Below are positions 9,515-17,388 of a stretch of 64,000 bases of DNA, in pieces. The position numbers and the translations under genes are program-made. How positions within the stretch are numbered: position 1 is the first letter of the stretch; each line of letters begins with the position of its first letter. The DNA is taken from assembly GCA_964487725.1 (NCBI GenBank), contig CAZASF010000004.1:9907-73906 (forward strand), read 5' to 3'. The stretch is from an uncultured Bacteroides sp. Its GTDB lineage: Bacteria > Bacteroidota > Bacteroidia > Bacteroidales > Muribaculaceae. The notes beneath the pieces are model-generated. The model ran no database searches and was not told the origin of the DNA. It saw only the letters and a program-made list of their open reading frames with translations.

Positions 9515-12163
9515 TCAGCGTTTCTCTCCGAACTCTTCCTGCTGACGCTCCACTTCGCGCAGCCTTTCCTCCGCTTTTTTTTTCTTGGATTCGCTGTCGG
9601 AAATTGAGTTGCTGTCCGTAACGCGTTTGACAGAGGGAAGTTGAGTGGCTTCGGCCTGAGAGTATAACAGCTTGTTTGACGGAGCTATGCTCTCGAATTC
9701 AATCTCGCCGGAAGCCGGAGTCTGCGCTCCTTCCAGCATTACCGATGCCTTTACTTTGATTTTTCCGGGATTGAGAGTGGATCGGACGAGAACCGGTGCT
9801 GTTCCCCATCTAACAGGAGCCGGATTGAGTGAGGTCACGGTGTCACCTATTATATGTCCCTCGCCTTCGATTGAGAACTTGATGAACATGTTGTTGAGCC
9901 GCTTCACGTTGCCTTCACTGTCAGTGATGGATGCTACCACGGTAACGAAGTCCGACCCGTCGGCTTGCAACGGAACGTTCTCATTGTCAATCCGGAGAGT
10001 GATTTTTGCCGGACGGCGGGCGGGCTTCACTTTATGTGTGGCCACTACTTCCCCATCAATGATACCCTCAGCGAGAAGCCACACATCGTCAATGTGTCCG
10101 CTGCGGGTGGTGGTCTTGTCTGTCATGAAGTCATACATGTCGGTGAATGTAATGACGGGTGATTTCATGCCCGCTTCGTCGGCCTTTTTGGTATAGGTCT
10201 TGGTTTTGCCATTCTTGCAGAAAGTCAGGCGCACTTCCGGACAGTTGGAGTAGACGGTAACATCTTTCGGTGAGAACGGAGTCATTTCGTGGGCTATGAA
10301 CACCATTGGTCCTGTCTCGTATGGGCGTTCGAGCTGTTCTGTGGGGCGTTGCGAACGGAACATCTGCCAGGAGTACTTAGGCTGACGGTAAGCGTCCATC
10401 ACACCACCATAGAATGGATCGGTATGATAGCCTCTCTGGTGGTCAAACGAATGCCACAGACATCCGCCCACATGCTGGGCCGGATTACGGTGGAGGGTTT
10501 CAAGGCAGGTGTATTGATATTCGGGGCTGGCGTAGTGTTGAGCTTGCACCAGCATGGCATGCTCGCCCCAGTTGCGTGCCGCGCGGCTCGGTGAGTTGTG
10601 AGAGTTCCAATTGTCAACGCAGTCGCCCCATTCGCGGGTGAAATAGGTTATTGCCGGATTCATGTCCGGACGTTTCTCCTGAGCGTTAGCGTTCATCGGA
10701 TGGGAAAATCTGACCGAAAAATGTTCACTTCCGCGAGCCTCGTTGTCGCACACCGCCACAGATGCCCCGCCGGGGTATTCTTCGTCAACAATCTCAACAG
10801 TGCGTTTGGCGAAGTCCTCCGGATACCATGTCTCGTTGAGAATCGGCTCCCACATCCAGATGGAGGGGTGGTTTCGGTCGCGGCGGATCATATTGCGGAT
10901 ATCGGAATAAACTTTCTCCACGAATTCCGGACTGTCATTCCAGAACTGCCATCCGGGGGTGTTGACAATAACGAATAGTCCGAGTTCATCGCAAGCGTCC
11001 ATGAATGCGGGGTCTTGCGGGCAGTGGGCGTTGCGTATGACGCGGAATCCGGCATCGCGGAGCTTCTTGGCATCGCGCCAATGAGTGCTGTTGGGAACGG
11101 CATTGCCCACAACAGCAAAATCCTGATGCCTGTTGGCTCCAATCAGCGGTTCGCCGAACGGTTTGCCATTAAGCCAGAAGCCATCGGCTCCCTTGAACTC
11201 CACGCTGCGTATTCCAATGCGTTTGCGAAACGCATCGACTGTGTGTCCTTTCGAATCGCTGACAGTTACGAAAAGATTGTAGAGCGACGGGCTGTCAGGT
11301 GTCCACAACATGGGACGGTCAACAGCGAACGCATCGTTAACCGTTATGTCGCTTTTGCCTTTCAGATTCAATTTGCGTGAGTGGGTCTTGACTGTCTTAC
11401 CGCCGGGAGCTACCAGCTCGTAAGTTATCTTCCCTGCGAACGGGGTTTTGCTTTCGTTGCGAAGGTGGGTTTTTATGTTGGCTTTGGCCGATTTTTCGGA
11501 TACATCGGCGAAATTAATGAGCATTCCGCCGCCACCGGTAATATTTTCGAAATTAGGATCGGTGACATGGACGTCGTTGACGCTCACGAGCCAGCAGTCG
11601 CGGTATATTCCGCCCATATATGTGAAGTCAAGTGACTCCTGTGGCTTGCCGGGAGGATATGAGGGGTCGTTACTGTTGTCGGCAAGTACGGCTATAACGT
11701 TGTCGGTACCCCAACTAATCATGTCAGTGATATTGACCACTGCAGGCAGATAGCCGCCGTAGTGAACCTTCAGCTCTTTCCCGTTGACATAAATGTGGCT
11801 TTTGCCCATTATGCCCTCGAAATGCAGATACAGCTTTTTGCCTTTCAGCGAATCGGACGGAGTGAAGTGTTTGCGGTACCATACTTCACCCTGATAGTTG
11901 ACACATCCGCTTGCCTCGGCGGGGAGCTCCTCAATTCCGTGGGGTAGGGATACCACGCTCCATGAGGAGTCATCGAAGTCCTTTGCTTCCGCTCCTTTGA
12001 GGCTGCCCTTGTGAAAACGCCATGCCGGATTCATCGACACTGCGCTGCGGCCACCTCCTGACACAGCAAAGAATCCTGCGGTTGAAAATTCCTGGGCAGC
12101 CACATGACCGGCGCATAGTAAAAGTAACGTTGATATTATCGATTGGATAAATTTTCGTAGCAT
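9515..12163 (-). CDS. Glycoside hydrolase family 2 (beta-galactosidase/glucuronidase-like), secreted
   Basis: Signal peptide; sugar-binding domain (GEVWYRKHF, LHFEG); TIM barrel with RNAHCPQ, DACDELG, WEPILNE, REWG. Confidence 0.9.
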   Translation of the reverse strand: MLRKFIQSIISTLLLLCAGHVAAQEFSTAGFFAVSGGGRSAVSMNPAWRFHKGSLKGAEAKDFDDSSWSVVSLPHGIEELPAEASGCVNYQGEVWYRKHFTPSDSLKGKKLYLHFEGIMGKSHIYVNGKELKVHYGGYLPAVVNITDMISWGTDNVIAVLADNSNDPSYPPGKPQESLDFTYMGGIYRDCWLVSVNDVHVTDPNFENITGGGGMLINFADVSEKSAKANIKTHLRNESKTPFAGKITYELVAPGGKTVKTHSRKLNLKGKSDITVNDAFAVDRPMLWTPDSPSLYNLFVTVSDSKGHTVDAFRKRIGIRSVEFKGADGFWLNGKPFGEPLIGANRHQDFAVVGNAVPNSTHWRDAKKLRDAGFRVIRNAHCPQDPAFMDACDELGLFVIVNTPGWQFWNDSPEFVEKVYSDIRNMIRRDRNHPSIWMWEPILNETWYPEDFAKRTVEIVDEEYPGGASVAVCDNEARGSEHFSVRFSHPMNANAQEKRPDMNPAITYFTREWGDCVDNWNSHNSPSRAARNWGEHAMLVQAQHYASPEYQYTCLETLHRNPAQHVGGCLWHSFDHQRGYHTDPFYGGVMDAYRQPKYSWQMFRSQRPTEQLERPYETGPMVFIAHEMTPFSPKDVTVYSNCPEVRLTFCKNGKTKTYTKKADEAGMKSPVITFTDMYDFMTDKTTTRSGHIDDVWLLAEGIIDGEVVATHKVKPARRPAKITLRIDNENVPLQADGSDFVTVVASITDSEGNVKRLNNMFIKFSIEGEGHIIGDTVTSLNPAPVRWGTAPVLVRSTLNPGKIKVKASVMLEGAQTPASGEIEFESIAPSNKLLYSQAEATQLPSVKRVTDSNSISDSESKKKKAEERLREVERQQEEFGEKR

Positions 12164-12197
12164 GTCAATGTGATGATGATAAAAATGTGGTTCTATG

Positions 12198-12205
12198 CAA
12201 ATATA
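12198..12205 (-). promoter_or_regulatory. -7 promoter element of GH2
   Basis: TATATTTG on the minus strand. Confidence 0.6.
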
Positions 12206-12346
12206 ACAATTAAATATCTGTCAAACAAAATATTGAAAGATTCAATGGGTGACATGGCATGACAAAAGCTGATAGTTGAAATGTTAAAATTTGGTGTACG
12301 AGTGAAATTTCTTTACAATTTATTAGTGATATGTGCGAAAAAGATG

Positions 12347-12354
12347 TAATTTTG
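12347..12354 (+). promoter_or_regulatory. -7 promoter element of gdhA
   Basis: TAATTTTG followed by CA. Confidence 0.65.
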
Positions 12355-12442
12355 CAAGCGAAAAACAAAATTTGCTTTCAAAAAGTAAATTTCGCTTCAA
12401 TAGGTTTGAACAATTTTCTAAGGTAAAAATTATTTGTGATCA

Positions 12443-13780
12443 ATGAAAGCTTCTGATGTAATGGCCGACCTTCGCAGGCGGTTCCCCAATGAGCCTGAAT
12501 ATCTGCAGGCAGTGGAAGAAGTGGTGACATCGATAGAGGATGTCTATAACGAGTATCCGGAATTCGAGCGATATAATCTTATTGAGCGTCTGTGCATTCC
12601 CGACCGCATCTATTCATTCCGCGTTTCCTGGATTGATGATCAGGGCCGCGTGCAGAACAATATGGGCTATCGTATCCAGCATTCCAATGCCATTGGCCCG
12701 TACAAGGGAGGAATCCGTTTCCATTCATCGGTCAATCAGTCGATATTGAAATTCCTTGCTTTCGAGCAGACATTCAAGAATTCGTTGACCACACTTGCCA
12801 TGGGCGGAGCCAAAGGCGGTAGCGATTTCTCTCCGCGAGGCAAGAGCGACATGGAAGTGATGCGTTTCTGTCAGGCTTTCATCACCGAGTTGTGGCGTCA
12901 GATTGGTCCTGACACTGACGTTCCTGCCGGCGATATAGGCGTAGGCGGCCGTGAGGTAGGTTACATGTACGGCATGTACAAGAAACTGGCCCGCGAGTTT
13001 ACCGGAACATTCACCGGTAAGGGTCGTGAATTCGGCGGTTCGCTCATTCGTCCTGAGGCAACAGGTTACGGCAATGTATATTTCCTTCAGTCAATGTTGG
13101 CTACCCGCGGAATTGACATTAAGGATAAGAAGGTTGCCATTTCCGGCTCAGGCAATGTTGCCACATACACAGCTGAGAAACTCCTGCAGCTCGGAGCTAA
13201 GGTTGTTTCGATGAGTGACAGTGACGGCACTATTTATGTTCCCGATGGAATCACTCAGGAGCAGCTTGACTATATATTCAAGTTGAAAAACATTTACCGT
13301 GGTCGTATCCGCGAGTTTGCGGAGGAGTACGGCTGCGAGTATTTCCCCGGAGAGCGTCCGTGGCAACGCGTGAAGTGTGACATAGCCATGCCCTCAGCCA
13401 CTCAGAACGAAATTGACGGCGATGATGCACGCGCACTTCTTGCTCAGGGTTGTATTGCCGTGAGCGAAGGAGCCAACATGCCATCTACACCCGAGGCCAT
13501 CAAGGAGTTCCTTGCAGCTCGCATTCTGTATGCGCCCGGTAAGGCTGCCAATGCGGGAGGCGTTTCCGTGTCCGGTCTTGAAATGGCACAGAATTCACAG
13601 AAACTTTCATGGAGCGCCGCAGAGGTTGATGCACGCCTGAAAGAGATTATGGCTGAAATTCATCATCAGTGTGAACTCTTCGGCAAAGAGGCCGATGGTT
13701 TCATCAACTACGTGAAGGGAGCCAATGTTGCCGGATTCATGAAAGTGGCCCGCGCCATGCAGGCTCAAGGAATCCTGTAA
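12443..13780 (+). CDS. gdhA: NADP-specific glutamate dehydrogenase
   Basis: GPYKGGIRF, GGAKGGSDF, DVPAGDIGVG, GSGNVA, EGANMP motifs; 445 aa. Confidence 0.97.
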   Translation: MKASDVMADLRRRFPNEPEYLQAVEEVVTSIEDVYNEYPEFERYNLIERLCIPDRIYSFRVSWIDDQGRVQNNMGYRIQHSNAIGPYKGGIRFHSSVNQSILKFLAFEQTFKNSLTTLAMGGAKGGSDFSPRGKSDMEVMRFCQAFITELWRQIGPDTDVPAGDIGVGGREVGYMYGMYKKLAREFTGTFTGKGREFGGSLIRPEATGYGNVYFLQSMLATRGIDIKDKKVAISGSGNVATYTAEKLLQLGAKVVSMSDSDGTIYVPDGITQEQLDYIFKLKNIYRGRIREFAEEYGCEYFPGERPWQRVKCDIAMPSATQNEIDGDDARALLAQGCIAVSEGANMPSTPEAIKEFLAARILYAPGKAANAGGVSVSGLEMAQNSQKLSWSAAEVDARLKEIMAEIHHQCELFGKEADGFINYVKGANVAGFMKVARAMQAQGIL

Positions 13781-13805
13781 GATATAGATATTGAAGGTAT
13801 ATTTT

Positions 13806-13841
13806 AAGGAAGCTGTGTCAAAATAGGCGCAGCTTCTTTTG
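13806..13841 (+). terminator. Terminator after gdhA
   Basis: gaagctgtg-tcaaaatag-gcgcagcttc followed by TTTT. Confidence 0.75.
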
Positions 13842-13911
13842 TTGCGTATCGCTTTATTTCAGTATGTCAAGGTGCTCTTTGCCATGATTTGGAGGGCGGT
13901 CATGGCGCCGC

Positions 13912-14634
13912 TTAGGGGAGAAAGGCGTGGGTGTCGGTTGAAGTGGGAGGCTGTGGCTGCTTTTCGTTGCCGGAGACATCGGTCGGGATGTGGACCGTGA
14001 CGGTGCGGGATTCTGTAGTGCCGTCCGGGTTGTCGGGCGGGTCTGCCTCAGAGGGTGTGATTGAAGGTATGGGGTTGGTGGTCCGGCGGAGTTCGTTGGT
14101 GAAGGTGTTGACACGCATACGCGGGTGTGGGGTACCGTGGATTACGAGCAATGTACCGGGACCATCATAGATAATCGGAGAGACGGAGCGGAGTATGCGG
14201 GTCAGATGCCGGCCTTTCTTGGGATAGCGGTCGGCATCAAGAATCAACGCCATTGGAAAATTAAGACCACGGACATATTCCGGACTGCGTGCTGTGGCGG
14301 TTATGATGTCGGGGTGACGCGGAACGAGTGATTTCAGTTGGACTCGTGAGGGAGCGATCACGCAAAAATTTGTGGTGGGCCGTACAACGATGGTGAGCCA
14401 ACGCACGTAGTCAACGAGTGCGCGCTGCAGCAAGCCGGATTCAGCGTTGGAGTCGGAGACATAGAGTCGCTGTGGCAAGCGGCGGGCGCGCTGTCGCTCG
14501 AGTTCGGCAATGAGCCGGCGGGCATGGGGATGTAGGCTGTAGCCGAGCCATCGTTCGAAGAGCGCGGCGAAGTTGCGCCGGGGTTTGCGGACGGCGGCGG
14601 GAAGCGGGCATGATATTTTTCGTGCAGCAAGCAT
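13912..14634 (-). CDS. Hypothetical protein resembling a degenerate terminase large-subunit ATPase domain, with a P/T-rich tail
   Basis: Probable start MLAARKIS at 14634, 4 nt after TACTTTTG; RRLIAELERQRARRLPQRL, TARSPEYVRG and LVIHGTP segments recall Bacteroidetes phage terminases. Confidence 0.5.
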   Translation of the reverse strand: MLAARKISCPLPAAVRKPRRNFAALFERWLGYSLHPHARRLIAELERQRARRLPQRLYVSDSNAESGLLQRALVDYVRWLTIVVRPTTNFCVIAPSRVQLKSLVPRHPDIITATARSPEYVRGLNFPMALILDADRYPKKGRHLTRILRSVSPIIYDGPGTLLVIHGTPHPRMRVNTFTNELRRTTNPIPSITPSEADPPDNPDGTTESRTVTVHIPTDVSGNEKQPQPPTSTDTHAFLP

Positions 14635-14971
14635 GCCGCAAAAGTAATATCGGTTTGGGGGCGATGTGGGCGTGGTTCTATATTTGAAGCCCCGCGATGC
14701 GGAGCGGATCGTTTTGGTGGGTTTTCCTCGGGTTACGGCCTTTGGCCTCACCCGTGGCTATGATTAAATTGCGCCTACAGCGCGACCATGCGGGCGGGAC
14801 GGTCGCTATAGGATAGGCGATCCTACATTTGTTGGGGGCAAATTAAATAATGTGTTGAAATGGGTGGCTGTTAGGATATATTAAATATCATGGGTAGAAA
14901 TATTGCCCAATGAGCGGGTAATTTTGTATTGTGAAACAAAAGATTACGTAGAACTCATAAAATTATCCGTT

Positions 14972-15193
14972 ATGGCAACAATCTCTCTAAACGATGTAAT
15001 ATTCGCAACAATCCGGTTGCGTGGTACGTCACTTGCCACAATAAGTGTAAGCGGAGTAACAACGTTTGCTGAAATACTTTCGCGCCTCATTTCCTCGTTG
15101 TCGGGCCGTGTTCGTGGTCTCGCAACCATTGAGCTTCGTAATGCCTCACAGGGATGGGCAGCGCGTCGCAACGTGATGCTCAATTGCGCATGA
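14972..15193 (+). CDS. Small hypothetical protein (~73 aa)
   Basis: ATG at 14972 downstream of TAATTTTG (14919-14926); alternating beta-strand-like pattern, ends LRNASQGW. Confidence 0.6.
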   Translation: MATISLNDVIFATIRLRGTSLATISVSGVTTFAEILSRLISSLSGRVRGLATIELRNASQGWAARRNVMLNCA

Positions 15194-16091
15194 TGCGGGA
15201 CATGATTTCGTCAAATGCGTTTTCCGGTTTCAGCCAAATTACCTGAGGGTCACGACGAAGCCATGTGAGCTGTTTTTTGGCGTAGACACGTGTGTTCTTG
15301 GCCATCCGGGCAATTGCTGTGTCGCGGTCCATCGCTCCGTCAAACATGGCAAACATCTCTTTATAACCTACCGTGTTGAGGGCGTTGAGATGTCGCATGG
15401 GGTAGAGTCTGCGCGCCTCCTCCTCGAGCCCGTCGGCAATCATGCGGGAAACTCGGCTGTTTATCCGCTCAAACATTGTTTCGCGGTCAAGTTCAAGAGC
15501 GAATTTGAGAATTTTGAATGGACGAGGCCTGATTTGTCCGGTGCATAATGTGGAGTAGGGGACTCCGGCTTCAAGTGATACTTCTATGGCATGGATAATG
15601 CGCTTGTGATTGTTGAGGTCAACTTTTTCGTAGTAGGCCGGGTCAAGACGTTTTAGTTCGTCACGGATGGCGTCTATTCCTCCAGTCTCGAAGATTCCGT
15701 AGGCTTTCTTCCGGTTCCTGGCAGAGACGGTTGGCAGCTCGTCAATCCCTTTTGTCACGGCGTCAATGTACATCATGGAGCCACCGCACATAATTGCATA
15801 CTGGTCAGTCGTAAACAATTGGTCAAGCAGCGCCAAAGCCTCTTCTTCATATCGGGCCGCGCTGTAGTAGTCGCCTATGTCAAGAGTCTCTACGAAGTGG
15901 TGGGGAGCCGCTTTAAGTTGCTCTTCCGTGGGAGCGGCGGTACCAATGGGCATGCCTTTAAAAATCTGTCGGGAATCGGCGGAGAGGATATGGCAGCGGA
16001 GCCGCCGGGCAAGTTTCACCGCTAATTCGGTTTTCCCTGTCCCGGTGGCTCCGGTTATGACAATAAGTGTGTTGTCGTTCAGTTCTGACAT
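15180..16091 (-). CDS. miaA: tRNA dimethylallyltransferase
   Basis: GATGTGKT P-loop, [19 protein letters not shown]. Confidence 0.96.
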   Translation of the reverse strand: MSELNDNTLIVITGATGTGKTELAVKLARRLRCHILSADSRQIFKGMPIGTAAPTEEQLKAAPHHFVETLDIGDYYSAARYEEEALALLDQLFTTDQYAIMCGGSMMYIDAVTKGIDELPTVSARNRKKAYGIFETGGIDAIRDELKRLDPAYYEKVDLNNHKRIIHAIEVSLEAGVPYSTLCTGQIRPRPFKILKFALELDRETMFERINSRVSRMIADGLEEEARRLYPMRHLNALNTVGYKEMFAMFDGAMDRDTAIARMAKNTRVYAKKQLTWLRRDPQVIWLKPENAFDEIMSRIMRN

Positions 16092-17305
16092 TCAACCAAG
16101 CGGGCTATCTCCACAATCACCTGCGCGGCTTTCTCCATTGAGGGAATGGGCACGAACTCATATCGGCCATGGAAGTTAAGGCCGCCGGCAAATATGTTGG
16201 GGCAGGGCAGGCCTTTGAATGAGAGCTGGGCTCCATCGGTGCCTCCGCGGATGGGGACAACCTTCGGTTCCACATCAGATGCTTTCATGGCCTCCACGGC
16301 AATGTCAATGATATATTTCACCGGCTCAATTTTCTCGCGCATGTTGTAGTACTGGTCCTTGATTTCAAGGGATGCCACGCCGGGGAATTCGTTGTTGATT
16401 TTGCGGGTCAGATGCTCGAATTCTTTCTTGCGGCGCTCAAAGCGATCGCGGTCGTGGTCGCGGATTATGTAGGTGAGAGTGGTTTTCTCTACCGTGCCTT
16501 CTATTGAAATCAGATGATAGAATCCTTCATAGCCTTCAGTGTGTTCGGGCGTTTCCCAGCGGGGAAGCATTATGGCAAACTGGTTGGCTATGCGTATGGA
16601 GTTGATCATCTTGTGCTTAGCATATCCGGGGTGGACGTTGCGGCCGGTGAATGTGACTTTGGCCACTGCCGCATTGAAATTCTCATATTCTATCTCTCCG
16701 ATTTCGCCGCCGTCCATTGTGTAGGCCCAGTCGGCACCAAATCTTTCCACATCGAATTTGTGGGCTCCCTGACCTATTTCCTCATCGGGGTTGAAGGCGA
16801 TGCGTATGTCACCATGCTTGATTTCGGGATGATTCATCAGATAGTCCACGGCTGTGATTATTTCGGCTATGCCTGCCTTATCATCGGCCCCAAGAAGAGT
16901 GTTGCCGTCAGTTACAATGAGGTCTTGCCCAACGTAGTGAAGCAGTTCGGGGAATTCCGTGGGGCTGAGAATTATGTTTTTCTCGGCATTGAGCGTGATG
17001 TCGCCGCCATCGTAGTTTTCCACAATCCGCGGGTTGACATGGCGTCCTGACATGTCGGGCGATGTGTCAAGGTGGGCAATGAAGCCAACTGTGGGTACAT
17101 TATCTTTCGATGTGTTGGCGGGAAGAGTGGCCATGAGGTAGCCGTTCTCATCCAGAGATATGTCTTTCAGTCCCATGGATTGCAACACGGTTTCCAGATG
17201 CTGGGCAAAAACCATCTGGCCCGGGGTGGAAGGGGTGAGGTTAGTGAGCTCGTCGCTTTGTGTGTCGAACTTCACGTAGTCTAAAAAACGGTCAACGACA
17301 GTCAT
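16079..17305 (-). CDS. pepT: Peptidase T (M20B)
   Basis: [33 protein letters not shown]. Confidence 0.97.
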   Translation of the reverse strand: MTVVDRFLDYVKFDTQSDELTNLTPSTPGQMVFAQHLETVLQSMGLKDISLDENGYLMATLPANTSKDNVPTVGFIAHLDTSPDMSGRHVNPRIVENYDGGDITLNAEKNIILSPTEFPELLHYVGQDLIVTDGNTLLGADDKAGIAEIITAVDYLMNHPEIKHGDIRIAFNPDEEIGQGAHKFDVERFGADWAYTMDGGEIGEIEYENFNAAVAKVTFTGRNVHPGYAKHKMINSIRIANQFAIMLPRWETPEHTEGYEGFYHLISIEGTVEKTTLTYIIRDHDRDRFERRKKEFEHLTRKINNEFPGVASLEIKDQYYNMREKIEPVKYIIDIAVEAMKASDVEPKVVPIRGGTDGAQLSFKGLPCPNIFAGGLNFHGRYEFVPIPSMEKAAQVIVEIARLVECQN

Positions 17306-17388
17306 AATCAGTATATTTCGGTATTAGTGTTTTATCCGTGTCAATATACTGCAAAATTAGCTATTATCCGTCCAATGCACAAGTAAAA

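Noticed and set aside
13854-14170. Short ORFs 13854-14114 (-) and 13931-14170 (+)
   Set aside because: Alternative frames over the low-complexity P/T tail of the 13912 ORF; no independent start signals
13850-15190. Prophage or integrative element
   Set aside because: No integrase, portal, capsid, tail genes or att-like direct repeats visible; only one terminase-like remnant
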